The notes beneath the pieces are model-generated. The model was given only the letters and a program-made list of their open reading frames with translations, was not told the DNA's origin and ran no database searches. DNA of 64,000 nucleotides from Octopus sinensis (taxonomy: Eukaryota): positions 48,236,001 through 48,300,000 of the forward strand of contig NC_043015.1 in assembly GCF_006345805.1 (NCBI RefSeq), in the 5' to 3' direction. This document shows positions 44,719 to 59,375 of the stretch, one piece after another; within the stretch, counting starts at the first letter, position 1, and the number at the start of each line of letters is the position of its first letter. Position numbers and translations under genes: made by a program.

Positions 44719-44924
44719 CTGTGTTTGTCCCCCACCACCATCGCTTGACAACAGATGCTGGTGTATTTACATCCCCATAACTTAGTGGTTCGGCAAAAAG
44801 AGACCAATAGAATAAGTACTAGGCTTACAAAGAATAAGTCCTGGGGTGGATTTGCTTGACTAAAGGCGGTGCTCCAGCATGGCCGCAGTCAAATGACTGA
44901 AGTAAAAGAGTAAAAGAGTAAGAG

Positions 44925-44983
<59 letters not shown>

Positions 44984-45017
44984 TATATATATATAGATAT
45001 ACATATACATACATACA

Positions 45018-45050
<33 letters not shown>

Positions 45051-47143
45051 ATAATAATATTAGGGAATATATCCAAATTACAGGGAAAAAAATCAGATTT
45101 AGGATTAAATCCAATTTTATAGTAAAATATTATAAAATATTATTTGAGACAAAACCACTATTTTGCAAAACAAACAAGGAAAGACTTAATCATACATAAA
45201 ATTTAATAAATAGTCAAAAAAACCGCCACTACAATCGTTCTTGTCTTGATCGACAATCTTCAGGTGGACTTCCAATCTAAAAAATCAAAATTTTAAAATA
45301 TAAAAATAATACTTTTAAATAATTAAAGTATAAATGAAAAAATATAAGTATATAATCCATATATAACCTATATATAATCCATATCGAAAATATAGACTAA
45401 TTACCACGAATTCCCTAAAAAAAACCATGATAAAACAAAACTCTTAAAAACATATAACGATAAAATCTCCCTTTTCTAAACTCTATAACAAACCTATAAA
45501 GTAAACCCCCTAACCTAAACATTCACACACAAATACACACACGTAAACCACAGACTCACGACTTATACACATACCTATACTAACTTATAAACCTCAATAT
45601 ACACCAAAACCCACTCCCTCCCCACACAGACAAATTAAAACATACATCCCAAAACCTAAATAACAAACCCATATACACATTCACACACAAAACACACACT
45701 CACACGCAAAACACTCACACACAAAAGATACATATACTCCCTCACATATACGCCTATACATACTCACTAAACTCGACATATACAACAATACTTACACACC
45801 CACAAAAAACATTATATACATTTATGAGCTTTAACTCACCTTAGCATCTCTAACAAACAACTTGCAGTAACCCAATCCCATTCTCTATGCCTACCTCACT
45901 ACTACACTATTCCATTCACATTCCAAGCAACGCTAGTCCACCACCCGGTTATTCACGTGGCAAAACGAACACCACTCAAAAATTATGAATGAAACAATGT
46001 AAAAAAATTACCAACACCTAAAATAGACAAAATACCACAAATTACCTAAAAAAAACCATGATAAACCAAAACTCATAAAAGCATATAACGATAAAATCTC
46101 CCTTTGCTAAACCCTATAACAAACTTATATAGCAATCCCCCTAACCTAAACATTCACACACAAAAAACCCACACGTAAACCACAGACCCAAGACTTATAC
46201 ACAAACCTATACTAACTTATAAACCTCAATATACACCAAAAACCACTCCCTCCCCACACAGACAAATTAACACATACATCCCAAATCCTAAATAACAAAC
46301 CCAAATACACATTCACACACAAACACACACACACGCAAAACACACACACACTACAGATACATATGCTCCCTCACATATACGCATATACATACTCACTAAA
46401 ACTCGATATATACAACAATATTTACACCCACACTCATACAGATAAATAAATTAATTATACAATTAAAAACTCACAACCAATCTCATATACATAAACACTC
46501 TTATGAAAACAACAATAAATACATCGTAATTAACCAGAATATCAAAAATAACATTATGACATAAGGATAAATCAAATACATACTTACAATTCAGTTACAA
46601 ATTATGAAGTGAAATTAGATTCTTAGCCGTTAAAAAACCAAACAAAATTACGTTACCATGGAAATAACTAATGTAAAAAAAGAATACGCGCCATAGAAAG
46701 TAAACGTCATTCATAGTATGAATGGAGAAATATAATAAATGGAACTAAAAACTATTTCCACGTAGCAAACCAACGCTACTTAAAAAAATTTATTATGAAT
46801 GGATTCTTTAAAAACTATCATGAAAAATCAATTATATACATTTATGAGCTTTAGCTCACCCTAGTAACTCTAACAAACAACTTACAGTAACCCATACTCA
46901 ATGCCTACCTCATTACCACCCTAATCCATTCACAATTCCAAACAACACTAGTCCACCACCCGGTTACAATTCCCAACTCTACCCATTCATTCACAATTTC
47001 AACGACGTTCCCTTCAACTGTCGATCAAGACAAGAAACGATTGTAGTGGCGGTTTTTTTTTGACTATTTATTAAATTTTATGTATTGATTAAGTCTTTCC
47101 TTGTTTGTTTTGCAAAATAGTGGTTTTGTCTCAAATAATATTT

Positions 47144-47196
<53 letters not shown>

Positions 47197-47976
47197 GACA
47201 CATGTCTTATGGCTGGATTTGGTAGATGGAAACTGAAAGAAGCCCATTGTATGTATGTATGTATATGTAAAAAGCACTATTCTAGTGTGCTCCATGCCAG
47301 TGCTGCCTGACCGGATCTCGTGCTGGTGGCATGTAAAAAGCACCCACTACACTCTTGGAGTAATTGGCATTAGGAAGGGCATCCAGCTGTAGAACGACGA
47401 CGACAACGACGACGACAACGACGACGACGACGACAACGACGACGACTCATTGAAATTAGGTATTTAAAATGAGGCACCAAGCCAGTTCAGTATAGTCCGT
47501 ACAGCTCAAGGTTAGGTGAACAAAATGCAAATAAGTAACAATGATGTCAGGGACACCAAAATCTTTTAAGTGCTCAGGGCCTCTGTGGGTCTTAATCTGG
47601 CATTGATCTAGCTACAGACTAACCTGCTTCAACAAATTCCGTCTAACCATTATCATCATCATCATCATCATCAACATCAGCAGCAGCATCATCATCACCA
47701 CCACCACCACCATGATGATTTTTGTCATTAGAAGCACTTGGCTCACTCTGCAGAGTGGTTGGCATTAGGAAGGGCATCCAGCTGTAAAAACCAGGCAGAA
47801 ACAGACACAGAAGCATGGTGCAGGCTGCCACCTGGCCCGCTCCTGTCTAATCATCCAACCCATGCTAACATGGAATGAGGACGTAAAATGATGATGATGA
47901 TGATGACGACGACGACAACGAAAATTTAGTATAACATTTTAAACAGCAATTATTTCAATTTCTATTTAAAAAAAAT

Positions 47977-48021
<45 letters not shown>

Positions 48022-48024
48022 CAT

Positions 48025-48057
<33 letters not shown>

Positions 48058-50801
48058 CAGCAGCAGCAGCAGCAACTGTAGAAGTAGGGCAATGGTGGTG
48101 GTGGTGGTGGTGGTTGTGGTGGCGGCAGTGGTGGTGGCGGTGGTGGTATGTGAACAATTCCAAAACTTTCTTTTAATGTCTTTATATAAGTTCTCTCTGT
48201 TTTGTGACAAACCTAATCAAGTGACAAACGAGCAAATACAAACGAAAATGTTTTCTTCCAAACTCCATCTCGGTTTTTTTTTTTTCCTTATCTTCTTTCA
48301 CGTGTCTTTCTGTCTTCCTTGCCAGATCAAGCAGCCAGGCTCCAGGGTTTATGTATAACTAAAGAAACATTCTTCAGCAGACTTGGTGAATTCCGTGAAT
48401 ACTGTCCGGTTACCCTTGCGCTCGATGGAGAATTAGCAGATTGTTCAAAAGATGAATCGATGAACCTTGTTGCTGAATATCAAGGTAATCTTGGCTCAGA
48501 TTTCAATGCTCAGTGAAAGAATAAGCTTCATGAAAGAATGGTCCCTCCTGGGTTCAGTACCACTGTGTGGCACCTTGGGCGAAATGCTTAGCGGTATTTA
48601 GTCTGCCGCTACGTTCTGAGTTCAAATTCTGCCGAGGTCGACTTTGCCTTTCATCCTTTTGGGGGTCAATTAAATAAGTACCAGTTACGCACTGGGGTCG
48701 ATGTAATCGACTTAATCCTTTTGTCTGTCCTTGTTTGTCCCCTCTGTGTGTAGCCGCCTGTGGGCAGTAAAGAAATAGGTATTTCGTCTGCTGCTACGTT
48801 CTGAGTTCAAATTCTGCCGAGGTCGACTATGCCTTTCATCCATTTGGGGGTCAATTAAATAAGTACCAGTTACGCACTGGGGTCGATGTAATCGACTTAA
48901 TCCTTTTGTCTGTCCTTGTTTGTCCCCTCTATGTTTAGCCCCTTGTGGGTAATAAAGAATTATATACTAGGCTTTAAGCCTAGTATAATAACATATAAAT
49001 TAAGGATAAAGAAAGAAAGAATAGAAGAAGCAAAAGTAAAGGTGAAGAAAAATAACTGCATACAAGCCAATTAGGCATAGGGTCAGGGTTTGGGATTCAC
49101 TGGCTAAGACTAATGAACAAAGAGTAGAGGGCAGAGATGTACAAAATTTAGGGGTATTTTGTGTATCTCCAGCCTCCTCCTTTTATAATATATATAATGA
49201 AATTATTGTATACAGTGCTCAGGTGCACCACAACTTGTCAGAAAGTGCGTATAGAGTATATGCAGTAATGTATAAATGTCTGGAAAGAGAACAGTGTATG
49301 AGTCAGATACATGCTTGCGTGTGTATGGAGGGGAGGAAATCAGGTGTAGTGTTGGCGAATCTCAGGAAGCATGGAAGTTTTGAAGGATGCAGTGCTCCGA
49401 CAACTAACAACTGATGCCGGCAGTTTGTTCCATGCTTCAGCAACTCTCAGCGTGATAAAATGTTTCCTAAAGTCATGGGAGCTGTGCTGTTTTCTGACTT
49501 TGTAAATATGTCCACGGGTGTTAGACGGGTGGAGTTTGAAAAGGTGCTCTTTAGCCTTAGCTAGTGAATCCTAAACCCTAACCATATGCCTAATTGGCCT
49601 GTATGCAGTTATTGTTCTTCACCTTTTGCTTTCTCTATTCTTTATTCTTTCTTTATCCTTAAGTCACATTGTGTGATTATGACAAGGGAAGGATGACCTC
49701 CCTTTGCAAATACCATAAGGGCACTGAAAGTGTGCCTAAAGCCAGCTGGAGACGATGTTCTCCTGGGGCTACAAGCTACAGTAACACCCACCCTTAGTGG
49801 TTAGCCATATTGAGATGGCAAGTATACCTCACATTGTCGTGCAGTTACTGTTTATACCTCGTTCAGAGATTTATTATTGCTTGCATACAGTTTTTCGAGA
49901 TCAGTGACGAAAAGTACTGGAAAAACGATATAAGTATTTGCATTGGGACCCCTTTCATCGAAAACCGGTGATTGCCGTACGCTGAGGACAGGTCAATACC
50001 TAGAAACTGCAGTCCGTGCGTATCACTTAGGTTAACGAGGGAAGGATGACCTCCCTTTGCAAATACCATAAGGGCACAGAAAGTGTGCCTAAAGCCAGCT
50101 GGAGACGATGTTCTCCTGGGGCTACAAGCTACAGTAACACCCACCCTTAGTGGTTAGCCATATTGAGATGGCAAGTATACCTCACATTGTGTGATTGTTT
50201 TATAGCAAAATTCATATCAATACAAGAAACCAAAGTAATTACATTGTTTCCTTATATCACATTAGTTATATTTGTGGCACAAATATAACATAAGAAAACA
50301 ATTTATATAAATTTTGCTAAAAATGGTTTATTCTTTATGTTGGAAATCTATATGGTCATCTGCAATTGAGGAGAGCAGCTTCTTTCAAATTAATGTAACG
50401 TTTTCACATTGATTGATTAAATGGAGCCACTTGAAACAGCCGTAATGCACTGATACCTGGACATCCTTGTTATTTATTTGTTATCATCATCATCATCATC
50501 ATCAGCATTGTTTAACGTCCGTTTTCCATGCTAGCATGGGTTGGACGGTTCGACCGGGGTCTGGGAAGTCAGGAGGCTGCACCAGGCTCCAGTCTGATCT
50601 GGCAGTGTTTCTACAGCTGGATGCCCTTCCTGATGCCAACCACTCCATGAGTGTAGTGGGTGCTTTTTACAGGGGCGAGAGGAGGCTGGCAACGGACACG
50701 ATTGGTTGGTGCTTTTCACGTGACACCGGCACGGACACCAGTCAGGCGACGCATATATATATATGTGTGTGTGTGTATATATATGTGTATGTGTGTGTGT
50801 G

Positions 50802-50848
<47 letters not shown>

Positions 50849-50938
50849 GTACTGTTTCACGATTGAAAATTCAACAAAAAAGGTACTCTATTTGGTGAGA
50901 GATAAATATTATTTATTTAAAGGGCACAAAACATGTAT

Positions 50939-50995
<57 letters not shown>

Positions 50996-51382
50996 GGTAT
51001 GTAGAAAAATACAACATGGACAAGAACGTATAACTCATAGAAGACGATACAATAAACATGGACAGGACATTCGAACCCCTCAGTCTTCAGTCAAGAACCG
51101 GATCATCGTAGTAATTTCGGCTGATTAATCTTGATATATATAAAGTTAATCCAAACATGAAAACACAAAGAGAAAGCACAACAACGCGAGGACGTGGAAC
51201 AAATATAGTATTATTAGATACTCAGGAAGGAAAGGAAGGAGGGTTCTACGTTTTGAGCGGAGCTCTTCGTCAGAAACATAGGAAAAGGAAAGATCCAGAG
51301 AAGGGAAGACGGAGGAAATAAATTGCCAACAGTACACACGAGGTCACATTTTGAATGTATATATATACATTTTGAATGTGTG

Positions 51383-51424
<42 letters not shown>

Positions 51425-52968
51425 TGTGGGAGATCAACATACAAAAGTTATACAATCCTAGATTTTATCCATAAAAATAGTATTTTAGATGAAAGTAGCA
51501 GAAAACTGGATTTTCCCAATATCTGATCTAGCATACCTAATGAAATTATAGAAATTTAAAAAATCAGCCATGCTTGCTTTCATCCAGCTGTGCCTCTTTT
51601 TTATTTTCGAGTTTAAACTGAAGCACCAGGCAGATTACATATTTCAGCAAGATACATTATTTCATTTTCAGTTCAATTCTGCTGGGACATGAAAGCCTAT
51701 ATCAGCAGGGTGCAGGATTGCTTGCTTTCTGCATTAATCTTTTACTTGTTTCACTCATTGGATTGCAGCCATGCTGGGGCACCACCTTGTAGGGTTTAGT
51801 CTAACAAATCCACCCCAGTACTTAGGTTTTTTTTTTTTTAATCTAAATGGCGATGCCCCAGCATGGCCACAGCTTGTGAGCTGAAACTAGATAAAAATAA
51901 AAAAAAATAAAAAATACTTCTTCTGTTGGTTTCTGTTGCCGAACTCCTAAGATATGGAGATATAAACACACCAACACTGGTTGTCAAGTGGTGCTGATGT
52001 GGATCAAACGCAAAAACATGCACGCACACACACACACACACACACATACACACACGTACAAAGGGCTTCTTTCAGTTTCTCTCCATCAATTCCATTCATA
52101 AGGCATCTGTCAGCCTGAGGTTAAAGTGGAAGACACTTGCCCAAGGTGCCATGCAGTGGGACTGAACACAGAACCATGTGATACATAAGGAGCAACCTTC
52201 TTACAAACATTATTATTATTTTGGCATTAGGAAGGGCATCCAGCTGTAGAAACACTGCCAGATCAGACTGGAGCCTGGTGCAGCCTTCTGGCTTCCCAGA
52301 TCCCCGGTCGAACCGTCCAACCCATGCTAGCATGGAGAACGGACGATAAACGATGATGATGATGATGATGATGATATTATTATTATTATATTATTATTAT
52401 TATTATTATTATTGAGTGAGAGAGCAGTGGATGCCATCAAAGTGACACCGGGGTAAAATATATGAAGCCCAATATACCCATCATGACTACCCGTCTGATA
52501 AGGGTACACCAAGCACATTGCATCACAACCATATGTGCATGACATGGTGATCTCATATCAAGATAAACAGCACATGACCTTGCAGGTGGGGCCCAGTTAG
52601 AATTTTCTTCTGGTTGAGTAGCCCATACCGCTCAAAAGGTCCCTGAATAACGGTTGTTTAAGGATGTTGAACGAAACACCCATGTTTCCAGAGGTGAGTT
52701 ATTTAAACCCCAAAAAATCCCTCTCAACACATGGCTATGATGCTCCCCCACTACTTCTGCTCGTGATCAGAGATGCACATATCATCAGCCATTAAGGGAC
52801 ATGCTCAACTGGTTAAGATCAAGCAACTGACAAGCAAATCTGTGGTATTGAGCAGAATATTTGCTGTAGCCCATCTTTTATACCAAGACAAAACAATGCA
52901 CATGATAACACTTCCAATCAGTTAAGATCAGAAGCCACGAGAGCCACTGCCTGGTTCTGCATCAGGGC

Positions 52969-53063
<95 letters not shown>

Positions 53064-54191
53064 GTTTGACTTTTGCTATATATTGGTACAAGTTGGCTCC
53101 AACTCTCACCCAGAGACCTCAAGAGACAACATTATGTTTGTTTTAAGCCTTGAGATTTCATAGAAAGTATTTTGCGTAGGATATGAGCAGTTCCCATGAG
53201 CACTATCTCTTGAATTTCTGCCATTTTGGGGTTTCCTGGTATCTGAGTTAGGTAGAGATCAGCCCCTTTTGCTATCATTCCCAGAGCACCTATGTATGAC
53301 AACAGGTATTGTTTTAGGCTTCAGATTTCACATTTTGCTGATTTCTGTTTCAAGATCTTTATATTTGCTCAGTTTTTGGTAGGTCTTCACAGATACGTTT
53401 ATATCGATTGGGACAGTAATATCAATGAGGAGGCATGTTCTTTGTCTGAAGTCATTCAATATGATGTCTGGCCTATTTGCATCTATCTTTCTGTCAGTTT
53501 GAATGGGGAAGTTCCAGAGGAGTGAGATGCAGTCATTTTCAAGCACTGGGGGTGGTTTGTGTTCCCACCAGTTTTTTACATGGGGCAAATCCAGGTTTTT
53601 GCAGATTATCCAGTGAATATATTGTGCAGCTCTATCATGCCTGTTGAGGTACTCTGTAGGTGCTAGAAGAATGCACTTGGAGACAACATGATCAATGGTT
53701 TCATTTTGTTGTTGACATACACGACATGTTGGGCTACTGCCGTTCTTTATAATATGCTGGCCTGGTTGTTTCTTGTTGGTAGGCATTGATCTTGAGCTGC
53801 TATGATAAACCCCTCTGTTTCAGATTTTAAGCCAGAGGCCATTAGCCATTGATGGGTCAGGGCTTGGTCAACATCTGCATTTATTCGCTCTCTTTGGGTA
53901 TTTGCCATAGAGAGGTTTTTCTTACCATTTATCATTCAGAATATCTAAGGCTGCAGTTTTAGCACGAGTTTTAATGTGCTTAGCTTTTTCTGTGCTTGTT
54001 TCTTGTATGTCTATCTCTAATTCCGAAATTTGTTGTATTCGGAATTCACTTAAATATTCCTTTGCCTGTTTTGTTACTGAGTATGATGCTTTCTTGTTTT
54101 CATGTTTTGAGACAAGTTTTAACATCCAGTCCTCAGAGTTTTTCGGGTAGGTGTCTAGGCCAATTGTAGCAATCTTCATTGTTATTGCCAG

Positions 54192-54229
<38 letters not shown>

Positions 54230-57200
54230 GTAAAGTAAAAAATGTTTTAAGACCTTTTAAAACAGTTTGAACAACATTTGATGGTTTATTTTTACTTTTA
54301 TTCAGGAAAATATTACAAAATGGAAAATGAGGCACGAATGGAGACATTTTTAAATGAACCACAAAAATTTGTTCCTCCTTACGCTCCAATGGCTTTACCC
54401 CCTCAAGAACTGATCCCACAGAAATGTTTAAAGAAAGAAGAAACCCCACAATTTGAATACTTTGGTTACTGTCCCGTGACATACTATGAAGGAAAATGTC
54501 GGTATGATATTTTAAGGGGTTTTTTACAAAATATTGGTCTAAGTTTTCATTATTCATTTCAAAATAACAAAGGTTTTAATCTTTCTTTGTCTTCGATAAT
54601 GCTTTGTAAGTGAAATTGACTGATAGAAACTGTGGGGAAGCCCATCTTGCTATGTGATAGCAATTTATACTCTTGTTGAGGCAAGTGAAATCAAAATCAA
54701 ATTCGATGACTGGCATCCGTGCTTAGTGGAGCGCTAAGAGCACCATCCGAGCGTGATCGTTGCCAGAGCAGCTAACTGGCTTTTGTGCCGGTGGCACATA
54801 AAAAGCACCAATCGAGCATGATTGTTACCAGTGTTGCCTTACTGGCACATGAAAAAACATTCGAGTGAGGTCGTTGCCAGTGCCACTGAACTCGCTCCGG
54901 TGCCCTTCCTAACACCATCCACTCCAGGAGTGTAATAGGTACTTTTACATACCTCCGGCTACAGTTCACGGATACCATTCACATGGCATTGGTAACAACG
55001 GCTATGATTCACGAATGCCATTTACATGGCACCAGCAATGACCATGATTCACAGATACCATTTACATAGTGCCGTCAACACCCACAACTCACAGGTGCCA
55101 TTTACATAGCGCCACCTTAATTTGTTTATAACAGTTAATGTTTTATAAGTAAAGGCACATGGCCTAGTGGTTAGAGTGTCGTGCTCACAATTTCAAAATT
55201 GTGTTTCAATTCCTGAATCAAGTAATGCATTGTATTTTTGAGCAAAACACTTCATTTTATATTGCTCCAGTCCACTCAGCTGCAAATGAGTGACCCTGTG
55301 ACATACTAGCATCCCATTCAAGAGCAGGAGTGATCTTTGTCATTCATATGCCATGGAAACTAGGTAACTGTCTTTATGAGCCCCAAGACATGAGACAGTC
55401 ATGTCCAGTTGGTAGGTTTACTTAATCTCTCTATATATAAACGGCAAAATATCTGTGTGCGTGTCCTTTATACAAATCCACAATTTTTCAGTTAGAGAGC
55501 TCACACTTTCTGTGGTCATTCAAAACCTTCCAAGGGTGGTCGTGCACATCTTTACATTTTCCCAGTCACCCTGCAAAGCCATTAAAAAATCAATAGAAGT
55601 GACTGACTTTTTTGTGAATTTTGTATCCAAATCCCAATCAAAATGCCCGAAACTTGATACGCCAATTGAATGCCAGATAGCTGTATGTGATTGGTCAGAG
55701 ATTTGGACAGTACTCGCATGTATGTGCGCACGCACGCAGCTGTATATGCATGCACTAGCACTATGACCCGGCATTGCCTGGTCATAGTGCTAGTGTTTTA
55801 TAAACTGTTTGGTCAGGCTTTCACTTATGCTGTCTTTTCTTTTTTTTTTTATTTTTGTTTTGGGTTTTTGTTTCTAGATATGAAGCAATTACTCTTGGTC
55901 AACCAGATTTAGTTGCTGAATATCAGAAAAAATATTATTGTTTTGCCTCAGAAGAGAAACTGGAAAAATTCATGAGGTAATTAATACTTCATAATTTCTT
56001 AATAAAATAACATTGTATAACAAAATTTAAAAAAAAAAAAATTTGTCTTTGGTCAGTAATTGTTATTTCCTATTTGCTTCAATCTAGAAATCAAAGGAAA
56101 TGACTTCTATTCCCTTCAAACATTGCTTTTGTGACCTAGATATCAATGTTTTGAAACTGACTTATTTTCCATTACATTTCACACAGATTCAGCACTGAGT
56201 TGCTGAAGCAGAAATATCGTTATAGCAAATATTCTGCTCAGTACCACAGATTTGCTTGTCTGTTGCTTGACCATAACCACCTGAGCATGTTCCTTAGCGA
56301 CTGACAATATGTGTGTATCTTGGATTATGAGCTGGTGTAGTGGGGAGGGATTATTTTGGTTTTGAAAAAATGTAACAAAAGCAAAGTCTGAAGAAAACAT
56401 TAGCCATTTTTCATACTTTGTAGGGGTAAGCAGGTAGAAAATAACAGTTGCTACCCAAGGGCAAAAATCATGTTACACAATGTAACCATTCTAACTGAGC
56501 AGAGTTCTGGTTACAATATAGTTCTGCTCAATCAAGATTAACCAGGATTAAACAACAATGACTGCAGGATGAGGTAAACTTCATTAATTATGAAGAATTG
56601 GTAATAATTAATTAAATAGATTATTGATTTTTTATAGCAAATTAAATAAATAAATAATAAATAAATAAATAAATATTACCACTCTCTAGTTTTGGAGGAA
56701 AGGATAATTCTTTCTACTAAAGACACAAGGCCTGAAATTTGTGGGGAAGGGACTTGTTGATTACATCGACCCCAGTGTATAACTGGTACTTAATTTATTG
56801 ACCCCGACAGGATGAAAGGCAAAGTTGGCCTCAATGGAATGCCATATAGCATGAATCGTCAACTCTTTTTTTTTTTTGCCAAATGTACCAGTTTCCTGCA
56901 ACACAATTTTTCCACTGGCCAGGGGATCAGATGCATGATAAAACACAATAAGCCGAATAATCATCATCGTTTAACGTCCGTTTTCTGCGCTAGCACGGGT
57001 TGGATGGTTCGACCGGGGTCTGGGAAGCCAGGGGCTGCACCAGGCTCCAGTCTGATCTGGCAGTGTTTCTACAGCTGGATGCCTTTCCTAACGCCAACCA
57101 CTCTGCGAGTGTAGTGGGTGCTTTTTACGTGCCACTGGCACAGGTGCCAGGGGAGTCTGGCATCGGCCACGATCGGTTGGTGCTTTTAACGTGCCACCAG

Positions 57201-59310
57201 CACGGGAGCCAGTCAAGGCGGCGCTGGCATCGGCATCAGCCACGTTCAGATGGTGCTTTTTATGTACCACCAGCACAGAAGCCAGTCGAGGCGGTGCTGG
57301 CAACGGCCACGTTCGGATGGTGCTTTTTATGTGCCACCGACACAGAAGCCATTAGCATGCCAGGAAAACTGTTTAGAGGCATTCCATCCATCTTTAGATT
57401 GCGAGTTCAAAATGTGTCAAGGTCGGTTTGATTTATAGTTAATCACCCGAACCCTAACCTGAACCCTGCCATCCATCATCATGTGGTGAACATGATCAAT
57501 GTTTTTTTTGGTGGTGACATCTGCAGGACGTCCAGACCTTGGGTCATTTTTATGCTTCTCCCTTCTCCCTTTAAATTCAGCTACCTGCTTTTGCACTGTT
57601 ATTATTCCTTAATTTAGCAACCATGTCAGCATCAGTGTCCTTGAGGGCCAAACCCTTTCTCTGCAGGTACTTGATAACACCGCAATGCCAAATTTTGTCC
57701 ATTTTTCAAGAGAAGTCACTACTAGTTACCTTTGAAGTCTTCTTTGAACAGTTAGATAACAGTGTACTGGGAAAGAACTAATCTTTTCTACCCTAGGCAC
57801 AAGGCCTGAAATTTTGGGGGAAGGGGCCAGTCAATTACATCGACCCCAGCATGCAACTGGTACTTGATTTATCAATCCAAAAAGGATGAAAGGCCAAGTC
57901 GACCTCAGCAGAATTTGAACTCAGAACATAAAGACAGACAAAATACCGCTAAACATTTCGCCTGACATTCTAACGTCTCTTATTTCTTTACTGCCTACAA
58001 TGGGCTACACACAGAGAGGACAAACAAGGACAGACAAACGAATTAAGTCGATTATATCGACCCCAGTGCATAACTGGTACTTATTTAATCGACCCTGAAA
58101 GGATGAAAGGCAAAGTCGACCTCGGTGGAATTTGAACTCAGAATGTAGCTGCAGACGAAATACCTATTTCTTTACTACCCACAAAGGGCTAAACACAGAG
58201 AGGACAAACAAGGACAAATGGATTAAGTCAATTATATCAACCCCAGTGCATAACTGGTACTTATTTAATCGACCCCGAAAGGATGAAAGGCAAAGTTGAC
58301 CTTGGCGGAATTTGAACTCAGAACATAGCGGCAGACGAAATACTGCTAAGCATTTCACCCGGCGTGTTAACATTTCTGCCAGCTCGCCGACTTGAATTCT
58401 AATGTTTCTGCCAGCTTGCCACCTTCCTGGAAATAAATAATGCAGTTGAAATTAATGCATGGAAGATTTTGTACCTCTAGTGTCACTCCTTCATAGTCAG
58501 CCTATGAACTTTGCAATCCACCCGCATAAACATCCAAAAGTGTTTTTCAGCCCAATATTTACATGCTGTTATTAGCAGCGTTATATATTTCATGATCCAC
58601 TGTTCCAAGAAAAAAAATTATTTCATGTTCTCTCAAAAGTTTACGATTTCTTATGACTTCAGCAATAATTAAAAAAAATATTCATTTCATTTTCAGATTA
58701 CCACAGGTATACAGTAAAATTGAATTGAGTTATAAACTTCCTCCAAAACCTGATCCATTAATGGTAAATCTTCTGCCTAATCTTGGCTTCATGGAACAGT
58801 CATTATCAACACCAATTTTGAGAGCACTGGTTGCCGTTGGAAACTTCAAACCAAAGTTTCCTTTCCTCAGTCCCACACAGTCTGCTCTTCTCTATGTAGC
58901 TTTCCATCTTAAAGGTAAATATCATTTTATATACAACCCAATGTAAGAAATATGGTGGCTGGTATCCAGGGTAAACTTTAGCGTCTCTATAAAACTTAGA
59001 AAAAGAGTTGTCTGTTGATGAGTGATTTTAACCCTTTTGTTACCAACCTAGCTGAAACCGCCTCAGGCTCTGTAGTACAAATATGTTGTTTTCCTAAGTT
59101 TTGAATTAAAATCTTCCACCAAACCTTATTCACAATTTATGTTCCTAACAGTAGCTAGATGATAACTAAGTTATTTTTACTAAATTCTTTGTTATATTTA
59201 AAGTAATTGAAAGAAACACAGAGCCACTTTTACAACATTGAAGGCTCCTGGGCAAATTCATGCATTGGGCCCTATTTATTGACAAGTACACACACACACA
59301 CACACACACA

Positions 59311-59375
<65 letters not shown>

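Noticed and set aside
53922-54557. 211-aa minus-strand ORF as a gene
   Set aside because: It is a chance read-through from the antisense of an AK9 exon across (TAA)n into the R4/Dong fragment.
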